DNA of 61,631 nt, the filler included, from Perkinsus olseni (Eukaryota): NCBI GenBank assembly GCA_013115125.1. It is 6 parts of 6 records of this genome, joined end to end, with 100 filler letters (N's around TTAATTAATTAA, not from the genome) between each part and the next. Parts side by side here need not be neighbours in the genome. Positions count along the whole stretch, not along the records: positions 1 to 10,246 come from JABANN010000892.1; positions 10,347 to 20,573 come from JABANN010000893.1; 4 more parts are not named here. The stretch is one strand, 5' to 3'. The notes under the pieces were generated by a model, which saw only the letters and a list, made by a program, of their open reading frames with translations, was not told the origin of the DNA and ran no database searches. Positions within the stretch are counted from its first letter, which is position 1. Each line of letters begins with the position of its first letter. Shown in pieces: positions 1 through 12,197 of this stretch. Position numbers and translations under genes: made by a program.

Positions 1-71
1 GGTTCTACCGGGATTTGAACCCAGATCGCCAGATTCAGAGTCTGGAGTGCTAACCGTTACACCATAGAACC
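1..71 (-). tRNA. tRNA-Gln(CUG)
   Basis: Reverse complement GGTTCTATGGTGTAACGGTTAGCACTCCAGA-CTCTGAA-TCTGGCGATCTGGGTTCAAATCCCGGTAGAACC folds as a cloverleaf with anticodon CTG. The discriminator base is cut off by the window start. Confidence 0.95.
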
Positions 72-259
72 GCACGTTCAAGGTTTACTCACCGCAGCTT
101 CTCTCACCTGAACGAAACGTATTTACGAGTACTTATCATCTATCCCCTCGCAGCCTCACTGCAGGAACGAAACATGCAACTTCGTAAGAAAAATAATCGA
201 TTGTTCTGATGGTCAGTCCATTGGCGTATTCCATGAAGGCATCATCTCTATCCCTGTTC

Positions 260-2026
260 TCATCTTGACAAAAATTCTCGCAACTGTTCCCACGAAACGC
301 TCTCGTCAGACCGCGTCTTCCAGTCAGGATGCCGATAATGGCTGTGACGAATGAATGATGGGTATCTCTGCGGAAGGGCACGCTAACGAGTTGCACAGTC
401 GCGATGTGATTGCGTGTAACAATGACATCGTTATGAACGATACCAAGTAGACTCCACTTAGTGGAGAGCCAGCCTTACCTTTCCTAGTCGCTCAACAATA
501 GGTCCACTGAGCTCCCTCAGGCTTGATACCAGCGCTGCCTCGCACTCTTCCGATCCTGCATCGTACCTTCGGGGTGAATTGAAAGCTCGCTTGTCGGTGC
601 CGCACGACGAGGCACATACTCCTGTTTCTGACCTTTAGACCGAACTTCTACATATTCTTACTCTATATAGAAACAGTAATCCCAGTGTTGGCTACCCCCG
701 GGCAGCGCCTCCCTGAAGGATGGGAACATCGCCAGGGGCCGTAAGACCTGACTTCAAGTTTTGCGAACAAGTGGTCCACGCCGCGATCCTACCACGCTCG
801 TGATATTCAGATCCCGCAGGGCAAAACTAGCTAGTGCCTTAAATAGGGCACTTGGTTCATCCTGAAGTTAGGTTCTTATGGGCCACTCGGTAAGTGGTCC
901 CCACCTTTATTGACACGCATATAGCAGACTTCAAGGGTACCGAACCAGGACACTCGAGGATGTTATCGGGGAGTGTGCCCGGTCCAACAACAACGTAACG
1001 CGTCTGAGCGTTCTCGTCATTGGCAACATTCTCCTTGACCTAATCAGTCAACCCATAGAGTTATACTTCAAAAACAGCTCAATTCTCACGATATGCAGTC
1101 CATGCGTCTCGGCCTGTACAGAGCTGCCTACTGCAGCTATAGTCGGGTCGCCTCGGTTGGCGGCAACGAGCTCAACAGCATCTAAAACGCTGGGTACGGG
1201 ACGTTCGCGCGTCCAGCCGGTTAGACTAGCAGCGACATAGGACTTACGTGAAGTAGAGTTAACTTCAACTCTGGAAAAGCCATGGCGATCAGAGAACTCC
1301 CTGCCTGTCCGAGAAAAAAGCACGTCATTGGTGTTCACAACCTGGAGCCACCGCTGCAGTCATTACTGTTGCGCAGGATCCATGGGTGCGAGTACACCCG
1401 CTTGATGCTTGCAATGGTTGTTTCATCGGTTCCGCCTGGGCACATGATAGATGACCAGTCGGCGGGTAGCGGGCCCACCTATAAGGCAGTGCTTTTCGAC
1501 TTGGGAGCACTCGGCGAAGATTTTCAAACCACCACGAAGCAACTGATCGTAGATGTGGATATACGGTCCCAAGAGAGAGGACTCGAATGGTGCCTGAGAG
1601 TGATGACACACTGACTACTCCTCAGCATCCAGCAGTTACAATGGCCAACTCGGCAGCGACGGAGGCTTCGGTCGTCGCCTCTCGGGGCGCAAAGTCGAGT
1701 AGCTCCTCCGATGAAGAATAACCTCCTTTCAGCGTAACTGAGTACACCGTCTTCGAGCTGGACTTGTCATAGCCGACTCACATTTAGATTCAAACCTTCC
1801 TCCGCCCAACGACAATAATGACTGAGCCGCTATCTGAGCGGAGAGCATTAGAAGTAGCTGCGAGTGGTTGATGGAAGACCTCAGAGAAGCTCTCTCGATG
1901 GCCTATGTGACGGATGGTGTAATGATGGCTTGTGGTGTGAGTAGCCATACCCCGCATGCAAGGTAGATGGGATCTTGTGAGATGGGGGCGGTAAGCACGA
2001 AGGATGGGGGCACTCAAGGCTGTCAT
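260..2026 (-). CDS. Prephenate/arogenate dehydratase (PDT + ACT domain), multi-exon, divergent
   Basis: Exon pieces occur in PheA order: IRHIGHRESFSE, APFESSLLGPYIHIYDQLL..LKIFAECSQVEKHCL, IKRVYSHPWIL, ENVANDENAQTRYVVVG, EPSALFKALASFALRDLNITSV/VLRP, HWDYCFYIE, LGKRYP. Boundaries approximate. Confidence 0.8.
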
Positions 2027-2359
2027 ATTTCGGGACAGGATTAATCATCCCTGTTGAACGGCCCTACCCAGTGGTATTGAGCCTATGTCCTGCCCAGAGT
2101 AATACCTAGTGAATGATGAGCCGCGACCGGCGCAGGTTGCGCTCAAGAATCACCCGTCACACTGGTGGTGCCGCCCTCCCTGTGTATATAAGTTCCTCCC
2201 GCTCCATGTGTAGCCCCTCCTCCCCCGTCATTCACCACACATTAACACAGTATGCAGTACGATCAGGAGAGACGATGATCACTATGATGAATATAATAAT
2301 AGTAATGAGTAGTACAACAACAGCGGACACCGCAGTATCTTAGAGTTAACGGTCGCCGC

Positions 2360-4299
2360 TTAAAATTCATTCCCCTGACGCCGGATGTAGGATGACAGCG
2401 CCTCGTAACCCTGATAATAGGAGGACAACAGCGCAGGTCATAAGCCATCATCGACGTAACTACCTTGGAAGCATACTGAAGCCCCTTCTCGGCTGCAACC
2501 GCTGCAGAGGTCTTCAGGTCATCGAAGCTGAGGGAAAGTGGTGATTCCAGAGTGGCCATGCCGCAGAGCTTACTCCATGCCACTATTGCCCTCTCTTCGG
2601 CCTCCTCCCGGGGTTAGGTCCTCGCTGCCAAAACTCTGACGTGTAGCGAAGGAGGCAGGCAACCTCTCTGACTGAGGGTTCTCATTATAAGAGGGACTTA
2701 GGGCATCGTAGAAGTCATCAGAAGATATGCCTGATAGTAGCGGTCGATGGTCTTCGGCGGGGAGAATGAGCAGGCTAACCTCTCTTGCTCCGCAGTCGAT
2801 CTGGCACACTGGCGTCCGAAGCGTTGTACTGGTGAGTCGGGGAGATAGTGGGCGAGGCTACCGCAGTCCCGTGAGCCCAGGATGATGAAGGGGCTGATGA
2901 TGAGCTATATGGGGAGAGAACACTCTACAGTGAGGACGGCATACCTCTGATTTGCTCGGGTTCCTTGACGAAGCCCCCAGTAGTCGGGGAGGGTTGGGCG
3001 GGCTTGGAAGGGGTCGAGCTGAATCGTGCGAAGTTGCTGCCGCCGCTGGCTGGTTGCCGTGGGTTGGCAGCCGCCTCTTTCTCTAGGCGGTCGAAGAAGT
3101 CATCGACCTGAGGCGTGAGCTCTCACCATATCTCGCGGATTTGCACGCATGCCCACGAAAGAATCGGCCTGACCTAACCTGTTTCACGTGTATTACCTCT
3201 CCTGCATCATCCGAGAATATCGTGTTATTGTGTGGTGGGGGTGTAGGGCGAGCTTTGATGACCACTGGTGCTACTGGATTCTTACGTATCACTACAGGAG
3301 GGGTACTCTTCTTCACGATGAGGGGAGCTTTGGCCGCAGTATGGTAGGCAGCAGCACTGCCCGAGTTCTGAACAGATCGAACTATAATGGTAATGAGGAG
3401 ATGAAGACAATCACCGTAGCAGCAACGCGCCCATTGGCCTCCGCTGACGGTTTCTGGGTATCTTTCCGTTGCTCTGCTTTGGGACTGTCGGAGGATGTTG
3501 CGGTATCTCCCAGAGAGTCCGAAGGTGGGAGGTCGTATTGAAGGCTAATGATTGATAGTGAGCAGTAGAGTGATACTATTATGTCCTACTGGCTCATGAC
3601 CTCATCCACCTCCTTTTGTAGCATTTGTCGGTACTTAGCTGCCCACCTGTGAGGAACTGCTGTCGCTACTCGACCCTTGTGCCTGCATTACTACTACCTG
3701 CCATGATAGTCAATCGGCTTGGAACAGCCAGGCCCCATGTTGTGCTGCTTGAAGTAATCTCGAGCCCTCTCGTTGCCACCGAGCTCCATTTGAATCTGTA
3801 TGCTCATGCACAACGCCATTGGAGGGTGTGGTAGTATTACTAGATATTGTGGTGGTAGTTTGTCCATCTCACAGCTTCTAACAAAGGTAACGTGGACCTA
3901 ACATGTACGGGTGGTTCACGGATGATGGCCAGGGATGAGTAGTTACCCCCATTTGCCGATGCCTCCCGGAACAGTTCAAACAAACGAATACCCCAAAGCC
4001 AGTACTTATCCATACTGGATTACGGGTCATGCAGTCGATACACGCTCGATTAGCCGGCTGAAACAACGAGAGTAAAGGGAGGATACCGAGGCGACGAGAG
4101 AGTAGACTGCGATTATCGCAATCACTACCTTCGATCGTAGAACCTTGAAGAAGGCATTCCGGACCTCATCGGATACCATACCCCGGGCGTCCAGCTGCCA
4201 TGACTGGTATTCCTTCAGTTTATCCTCACTCACTATAGGAAAACCTCCCCGACTTGACTTCGATAAAACAGCTGATCCACTCGATGTTGTAGTTGTCAT
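2360..4299 (-). CDS. ADP-ribosylation factor GTPase-activating protein (ArfGAP2/3, Glo3-like), multi-exon
   Basis: ArfGAP zinc finger NRACIDCMTRNPVWISTGFGVFVCLNCSGRHRQMGV (3878-4066), a Glo3-type ISSDDFY motif near 2710, and a last exon GYEALSSYIRRQGNEF* ending at 2360. Confidence 0.85.
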
Positions 4300-4471
4300 G
4301 GTTAAACTAACACTGAAATGACTGAAGGGCAGCCTGGGGCGACTGTGGAGACTCGTACAACGTATGGCTATGAAGGCTGTTCCACACCATCTGGCGGTAG
4401 CCCACTGAACACAAAGCCGAGAGATCGTAGGTGGCGATACAACTGTGACTAAGCATGCATATTGGAGACGC

Positions 4472-4750
4472 CTACGATGCCTGACGAACTCTCCGACGGT
4501 AGGAGAAGAGTGGCCCACAGCAGGTAGGGGTGGGGCTGCTAGCTGCTGCTGATGCAGCTGGGTCGTCGACTGGGGACTTCCTACTACGGATCACTGTATG
4601 GTTGCCTCGCTGGCCGGATGTCGGCAGGGGACCTATGCTCTTCGAACTATCCATGATGATCGAGCCAATACTGGGACCACTCACTCGCCAGCGAGGTAGT
4701 ATCCTCTCCTTGTGAGACTCCCAGTAGTGCATCAGAGAGTCCTCTCTTCA

Positions 4751-4789
<39 letters not shown>

Positions 4790-6721
4790 GGAGTGGTAGT
4801 AGACTAGTATGGCTGAGCTCACCTGTTGCATATGCTTCATTTCCTCCTCTTCGTCCAACTCATCAGCATATCTGAGTAGTACTGCAAGTGCTGCAAAGTA
4901 AGCATGTTCGTTGGTGTAGGCGTCAATGGTGGACAGCTTGGCAAACTGGACATCTCGTATGATGGTGAAGTCACCGTTCCTGAAGGGCAGCTCCAGTTTT
5001 ATGAATCATATCAAGGGTAGCGCGGAAATACCGGGACACTTACTCGAAGCGCCTGACGGTAGCAGTCCTTTTCTTCTTATTAACCGCTGTGATCTGAACA
5101 ATCTGCGGCGACTCACCAGCCCCGTGCGGTGAATAATGAACCTGACACTCACTTCTCGCGTCACCGGTATGTTGACACATGTACCATGGTGTTGACGGCT
5201 GACAAGTCGCCTGAGGCTAGCTTATCAGCCAGACTGTGGAGGAGGTTGTCTTCACTGGATGCACCGTCATCCTTAAACCCACCGAGCCAATGATTGAGGA
5301 ATGGCCTGCAAGAGCAGTGAGTAGCACCGACAGTGGAAGCCGCAGCAGACGAGGACCTGAGTATCCTCGCCAGACCACTGTTCATGAGCCGATGTGGCAT
5401 GTTGAGTATCTCCTGTGGTATACCCCTTTGAAGCAGGAACATCGATACATCATTAGTAAAGTTATTGCAGTTATTGGTTATAACATCATAACTATCGGGA
5501 GTGTACTCCAGAGACAGTCTCTCTACCAGGACCTGCAGGCCATGAACGACAAACGAGGGCTAAGACCATACAGCGACCCCCCTGTGATCTCCCAACGGAT
5601 CTCACATTATAAAGTTCACGCTCAGTATGCAGAGTATAGCCAAGTTGAAGACGCTTGAGAGGCGAGCCAAATGGTGTAGTCTCCGGTACACTGCGGAACA
5701 CCTAATACTGTATCTGGGCACTGATAGTGGTGGACTGAACTCACGTTGCCACCAAACCACCATTCTCTATTGAATGCCACAATGCTCGTGTGCCATATAC
5801 CCTCTACTCTACGACCAAATAGTATCGGGCCGAGGGTCTTCGATGCACCATTAGAAATGTCGTAGCTGCAGGAATAGTGTAGCACTCATGGCATGCATGA
5901 TGAACCTCACTAGAGCAGTTCAACCTTCTCCTTCCGTCTACCCAAGGTATAGTACAGGTATTCATAGTAGTCGATGGAGCCGTTCTCATCAAGGTCCATA
6001 GTCTTTATTGCCCCTTCCTGCAGAGCACTGCCAAGTCGATTCATTCGGGCACTCAGTGCTGCTCACTTTGGAGCCCTCACCATGGCTAACACGGGGGAGC
6101 AGGCCTTCGTAGATCTCCTTGTAGGTGAGAGTCCCAGCACCACTCTTATCTAATCGCCTGAGGAGGTAGTCTGGTAACTAGAGGTACTACCACTCATACA
6201 TGAAATCATCTATGATATCGTGCAATAGCTCGGGGTCCTTGCGTAGCTTCCGTCGCAGCAGCTCATTGACTTCCACAAGATGGTTGGGCATGGAACCTGC
6301 AATCCTCTGGGATGTGGGCATAAAGATGACGGTGATAAGCACCGTTAATAAGCATAGCATGCTTGAACTCTTGCAGATCGACAGTACCATCACCATCAAC
6401 ATCCATAATACCCAAGGTACGGGCCACTTCGCTAGCCATCAGCTCTACGTCGATGGATCTGTCGCATGGATACAGTAGCGTATGCAGCTCAGTGACGACC
6501 AACCTGTGCTGAGATCCCTTCTTCAATGCAGCTTTCCAGGCCTCAGCCAGCTCCTCTGCGTCTATCCTCCCATCCCCATCCTTATCCTGTGCCTTGAACG
6601 TGTTCTCAATGTTGTGCAGTGAGGAGGGCGGCAGAATGATCTCTGGTCTGACCAGCGATGGGCTCACTGGATCCTCTACTCTATCATCTTCACTGTGTGG
6701 CATACAGAGGAGATTCGTCAC
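4472..6721 (-). CDS. EF-hand + PPPDE/DeSI (C97) peptidase fusion protein, multi-exon
   Basis: EF loops DKDGDGRIDAEE, DVDGDGTVDLQE, DKSGAGTLTYKE and DLDENGSIDYYE precede the PPPDE motifs YDISNG..GIWHTSIV..EWWFGG, PFGSP and YDVITNNCNNF. Start uncertain. Confidence 0.8.
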
Positions 6722-7096
6722 ACTACACTAGCGGGCTGCCCTAACGTAGATACACTCAACTCAACACCAGTCACAACAAGATTAAGAAAGATGACTATCA
6801 TCATGTGTGGGTGGTGTTGTTGCTCATGATTGGAGGTACAACGTGATGCTTGTCACATAGCACGAGGAGCTCACGCCTCATTAATTGAGCACAATAGGCC
6901 TCTAGCACAGAACTAGATAGGAGAGTCTCACAGAAGTCCCGAACTGCTGATTGCCTCAGAGTCCCCAATTCATCGGCAAGGATAGAATCACGTAGTTGTA
7001 CCTATCAGCTGCGCATAACTGTTGCTAGCGGGGGGAGGGAGGAGCCCACAAGTCTTTGGTAAACAGGTATATCTGCGTTCAATAGTCGTTCTCTAT

Positions 7097-9925
7097 CTAT
7101 CGCCTGCTGCTGCTCTCGTTGTTTACTCTGAGATAGTAGTAGACTGCCGAGAGAGGTACCCCAGTCATCGACGCTACCATCCATGATGATCTACCAGGCA
7201 AGGTTTTGGCCCCAAGGGGGATGATGCCAGCTCGTACTACCTGTACTAACTCATCAGCAGTTGTTGTTATAAGAGTTGCCACTGCAGTGAGGGCATCAGC
7301 TACAAGAGGCCCAGAGGCAGGTGGTAGGTGTATCTAGCAGTCATCCTACACCGGGCCACAGTAGCATCATCCACCATTACATCATTGATGACGGGCTCTA
7401 CTCTGCCAACAAGTAGTGTACACTCTTCACGTAGTACCGTCTGGACACAGGGTTCCAAGGCCGCATCAAAGTCACGGTGTGGTAGTCGTAGAGGGTGACG
7501 GGAGGATTGCCGTGCCTGGTAGTAGGACCTTAGGTTCTTAGACAATGCTCCTCTACCACGGTTACTACCTCTTGAACCGAGTCTATCATCGAGCGTTGAC
7601 AAGCATGAACCATGTCGACCACAACCCAAGGTAGCTCAACCGGCCTATGGTGGCCGACTGACGGCCCTTCTTCCGATAACTCCGCTGCCTACAACAACAG
7701 CAGCAGTTACCATGCACAAACAATGGACCTACGATCTGGCTGGGGCCACTCGACGTTGATTGCACGTAACCTTCCGTGCTTGACGGTGAAGCCCGAGTAA
7801 CGATCGAACCTGGCCGAGTAGGGGACCGCCAGAGAGATGTAGAAGACTCCTGCGGCTGTTCCTCCCTACCCCACTGGCTTGCTGCTGCTGCTGCTGCTTT
7901 TGTCTCTAACTCTTGCCGGGCCTTACGGTACTGCTGAATTGACTGTAAGCAATCAGATATCATCGATGTCTGTTGAACACCACTTGGGGAAATACAATTG
8001 TCGTCGTACAGTACTGGTGCTGTTGCTGCATTGTCCTGAATACCCATCCACTGTCCAATCGTGTATACCCTTGCCTACTGCTTTGTATGTCATGTTGGCA
8101 TTCTCTGATTCTTGACTGCCATGCAACAGGTCCCGAGTAGTAGCGTCAGTGGGAGCCTTCACACCATGTTCGACCGCACCCTGTGGCGGGTGTCCGGTTG
8201 CCATCATAACCTCAGGGCGCTGATGATGATAGACCCAGAGGGCAATGTACCTTGACGATGATTATGGGCAGCATTGTACAGCTGGAGCTGTCACATAAAA
8301 TATCCAACTTCAACTAGGGGCTGTTGCTCATGGTCCTCCGTGTGATGATGCTGCCCGACAGCTTCCCCATCCCCGCCACCAGCCTTCGTGATCTCATCTG
8401 TAAGTACCTAGGGGGACTGCTGCCATCCTGCCTCCAATAACGACACAACCGTCATACATGTAGGAATGTGTCGTATATGGTCTTCTGGTCCCGACCAAAC
8501 ACCCTGATGACCCATGAACCATGGGAGCAGATGGTGCTGTTGAGGAGGATAACTCACTTCTTAGCCAAAACCTTGATATCATTCAGGGGCAACTGTACTA
8601 TGATAGGCTGATGATGATTATGATGACGATGGGCAGCCTTAGGTGACTTATCAACCTAACTGCTATAGTGCGTGAAATACCGTTGTCCACTACTAGTCCC
8701 TACCTGCACATTAGCACTGACAATAGACCGGACATAGAGGAAGAAGAGAAGATCAGTAGCATCGTAAGATCCTTCCAAAAGCCGAGCAAAAATATCAGCC
8801 TGATTTGTGATGTGAACGTGAGGTGTAATCTTGAGATCACCATCATATCAGCCTCCCGAGATCGATGTACCAGAAGGAGGGTCTCCATCATGCCCTGGTC
8901 AGTGAGTCGTCGCAAGCCTAGACGACCAGTGAGCCAATGGACCTGTGATGCAGCACTCGGATGACGCATTACTCTTAATACTACTGCCATACGAATATTG
9001 AAGCCACCGATGTTTGTTGCTGTCCTGTTGACTGTAGTGCCTTGGCTGCATGAACAGTAGCGTCTTTGACACTTCTATCAGCGTAAAAGGCTTCCATCGT
9101 CCTCTGAAGTTTCCCACCACTGGCACCGGTGTCTGAACAATCATTCGAGTACGATCAATCGACAACAGTGATGCACTTTACCAGTATTGGTACTGAATAC
9201 AGCCGGGAGATGCCGCCGATCATGGCCAGTGTCCCCTAGAGCCTCGAACACCTACACGACCCTGTCGAAACCAACCAGTGTAGGTTGTATACCGGTATGT
9301 AGACAGATCTCAATTGGGACAGGGCCTCCTGCCAATCTCCATCCTTCTCTGATACCACCGAGTGCTGTTGTTGTTCTGGACACTCGGAGACGGTACCACT
9401 GACGGTGAGGGAGGACATCCCTACTACACAACCCTTCGAAGCATTGAGTTGAGTGTTGCATCACCTTCATCACACTGTAGTGGCCTTGCTGCCTGCCTCC
9501 GTGCAGCACTACTGTCCTCCCCTTTGCTGAACAATGGCTGCTTCCCTGCCACCCCGGTGGATGATGGGCGTTCATGGTCATCACATAGTATCCTCAAGTA
9601 GGCTACGTTGTGAACCTATCGTATAAGGCTGTAGTCCATCACTCTGTCATCCTTCTCCTTCTCACGTGCCCTCCTCTTGCCATGATCTTGCGGAATTGTA
9701 TACCATGATTATCGAGTATCCTTGCTAGCTGCTCTTGTTCGCTTGCCTGATATTCTCCTTCCAGGATATCCAGTGGATATTATCCACCATCACCGCCCTT
9801 ATTACCGTCAATGACGCCCATCTTAGTATACTACCATTAGACGGTGTAACAATAGACGGTCTGCTGCTACTATTAGCTCTACTGCTGCTGGTAGGGGTCA
9901 TCGAACGTGATCTCGCACGTCGCAT
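7097..9925 (-). CDS. Hypothetical multi-exon protein
   Basis: A series of minus-strand coding-like segments separated by short GT-AG introns, probably starting at MRRARSRSMTP. No family recognised. Confidence 0.35.
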
Positions 9926-10246
9926 TATGGTATACTTAAAAACACAACCATCCATCCACTTCCTCTACACCATCCACGAGATGACCGGGCTGTTCAATGA
10001 ACCGTTCCTAAGTTTCAGGAACGGTTCCTGGGAACGAAATCGCGCTTGTCTATTGAACAGCCCGGATGATGAGCGCAAGATCTAAGGCGCGCGCGGTATT
10101 TCGAGGCGCGCGACATTGGCCTTGTCGCGACGTATCCTTGTGCGATATGCGTTGCGCTGATGGCGGAATCTGGGCGAAGATAACTTGTTATCGTATGTTA
10201 AATACGGGGACGCGAGCGGCGCTTCAGTGCGTGGCTGACGGGGACA

Positions 10247-10346
10247 NNNNNNNNNNNNNNNNNNNNNNNNNNNNNNNNNNNNNNNNNNNNTTAATTAATT
10301 AANNNNNNNNNNNNNNNNNNNNNNNNNNNNNNNNNNNNNNNNNNNN
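10247..10346. other. Artificial contig spacer (N44-TTAATTAATTAA-N44)
   Basis: Stop-in-all-frames linker flanked by Ns, identical at all five gaps. Confidence 0.98.
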
Positions 10347-10919
10347 AAGGAATGTATTCAGTTGTGTTGGATCAATTAACGGGAGTCTCTCACGGATAGG
10401 CAGTCGGACGAACCAAACACGTACGCCTTGGCAATCGATGCGCTGGATAGACCTGGACTGAGTACCCTCTTCAGCAAACACGCGAATGAGTAGTAGTTCC
10501 TTTCGAGTTGCAAAACCCTCAGGGCTCGGCGTGTGTGAAATCAAGAGCGAGAATTGTCACGCTGAACGAAGCAATTGCAGGCAGGGAATTGGGACCTGTT
10601 CGGACCAGGTACCTCGGTATCATTCCCATCGGCTACCCCGCTTCGACTGTGTCGTAGTTTCGCAGGAAGTCTCCTTGTCGACAGAGCTCTTAGAGACCTT
10701 CAGCCTCACTCACAGCGCATTCCCACCCAACGCCTCCAATCGACTGATGCGGTGTGGTGCGGGTTCCGTATAGCACGAAATGAATGCGGTGAAGGTGTTG
10801 ATTGGCGACATTTTGAAGTCTTCTAACAAAACAATTAGTTTCACACGAACATCGTCGAACAACAGGGCAGCTGAATGAATAGTCGCAGAGAGTGCTTGGA
10901 GGGAGAGAGGTTAGCTACC

Positions 10920-12197
10920 TTACGCGTCTATGCAACTTTGAATTACCCGGGTGGCGCCAGAGGGGATTTGAACTACTCGTGTGCAGGGAGGTCCCAATCT
11001 CTCATTCCACGCTTTTGTGGTGAAGCTCTCCTTAACAACGGGCTCCGCGGGAGCTTTGATACCGATAAGTCTGCTACCATGATCGATGAAGAAGTCGTGT
11101 GCGGCAAAGAAGGGCATGCCGAGCAGGAAGGCACTCTCCGAGTCATCGAGCGAAAGCCGATCTTTTATTTGAACTGTACACCAGAGGTCGCCACAAACGA
11201 AGGCGTAGTCGCTCAAATTAATTTCAAAGGCCGGTGAACCGTCAACTTGAATATCGATACTAGGGAGTCGATTCACCATGGTCTTGCGGCACCAAATCCT
11301 CCGATGCCCGTCGAGAAATGCGACCAAGTTGCGCTTCTTCCCTTTATAAAACTCTCCTGTCCAGTCGATGCGCTCCTCGCCGAACTCAGCTTCAATAGTA
11401 TCCAATATCATTGAGAAGACCTCACTTGGGATAGTGGAAGTGTCGCTGCCGGTATCGAGGACCACGTGGAAGTGTCCTCCTTCGCCCCAGAGTTGTTTCC
11501 CGTGAGCGGCGTCGGACGAACTCTTCACCCAAGCCGCTGATGCAACCATAGCGCTCATCGTCGCAGCCCAGGGCGCTTCCTGGATAGGGAAGAAACGTGT
11601 ACCTCTAACGTGTTCGGGTGACCTCCCGAGAACTAGCCGGCCAGTTAGCCCGATGGAGAACTTGGACACATGAATGGAGGCGGTAGGGTTGTTGAAGCGC
11701 AGCAAGTGTTCAAGGAACGATGGTTCTTGAACTGCATTTTGCACGCGCGGATTGAAGCTCACTCCGAGCACTGCATGCGGTTGATTTTTCTTTATCATCG
11801 TAGCGTTGACCACAAGGCCGATTTGTAGGTTCCTGATCTTTTGCTCATCGTACTCCAATGCCACTCTTCGGTTAACGAATTTGACCACGTCTTTGTCGCC
11901 GTAGCTGATGGTGCGGATACGCTGGGAGAGCAGACCTTTCAGGTCGCACGGGTCATCAAGGGGACAGAAGTAGCAACCCGATACAAGATACTCGCATGAA
12001 CCAGGACCATAGACGCTCTCATACCAACCGCCATAAACTAGGTATGTCTGCCGACTTCCAGTGTCGACATACAGTGCTATCGTACGACCATCAAACGTCA
12101 TTTTTACTTTGTTGTGGCTCATCGGAAAAATCAGTGGTGAAATGGCGTGAACCACCTTCCAAGCCACTGCCGAATGGACTAGCGCGCGTCTTAACAT
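10920..12197 (-). CDS. Pepsin-like (A1) aspartyl protease, intronless
   Basis: 425-aa ORF with two catalytic motifs, LYVDTGS and VVLDTGS, plus flap-region ISYGD, AVLG and a C-terminal LLGMPFF...IG. Confidence 0.88.
   Translation of the reverse strand: MLRRALVHSAVAWKVVHAISPLIFPMSHNKVKMTFDGRTIALYVDTGSRQTYLVYGGWYESVYGPGSCEYLVSGCYFCPLDDPCDLKGLLSQRIRTISYGDKDVVKFVNRRVALEYDEQKIRNLQIGLVVNATMIKKNQPHAVLGVSFNPRVQNAVQEPSFLEHLLRFNNPTASIHVSKFSIGLTGRLVLGRSPEHVRGTRFFPIQEAPWAATMSAMVASAAWVKSSSDAAHGKQLWGEGGHFHVVLDTGSDTSTIPSEVFSMILDTIEAEFGEERIDWTGEFYKGKKRNLVAFLDGHRRIWCRKTMVNRLPSIDIQVDGSPAFEINLSDYAFVCGDLWCTVQIKDRLSLDDSESAFLLGMPFFAAHDFFIDHGSRLIGIKAPAEPVVKESFTTKAWNERLGPPCTRVVQIPSGATRVIQSCIDA

Noticed and set aside
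10291-10302. Recurrent TTAATTAATTAA palindrome at ~10.3-kb spacing
   Set aside because: Synthetic assembly linker, not biological.
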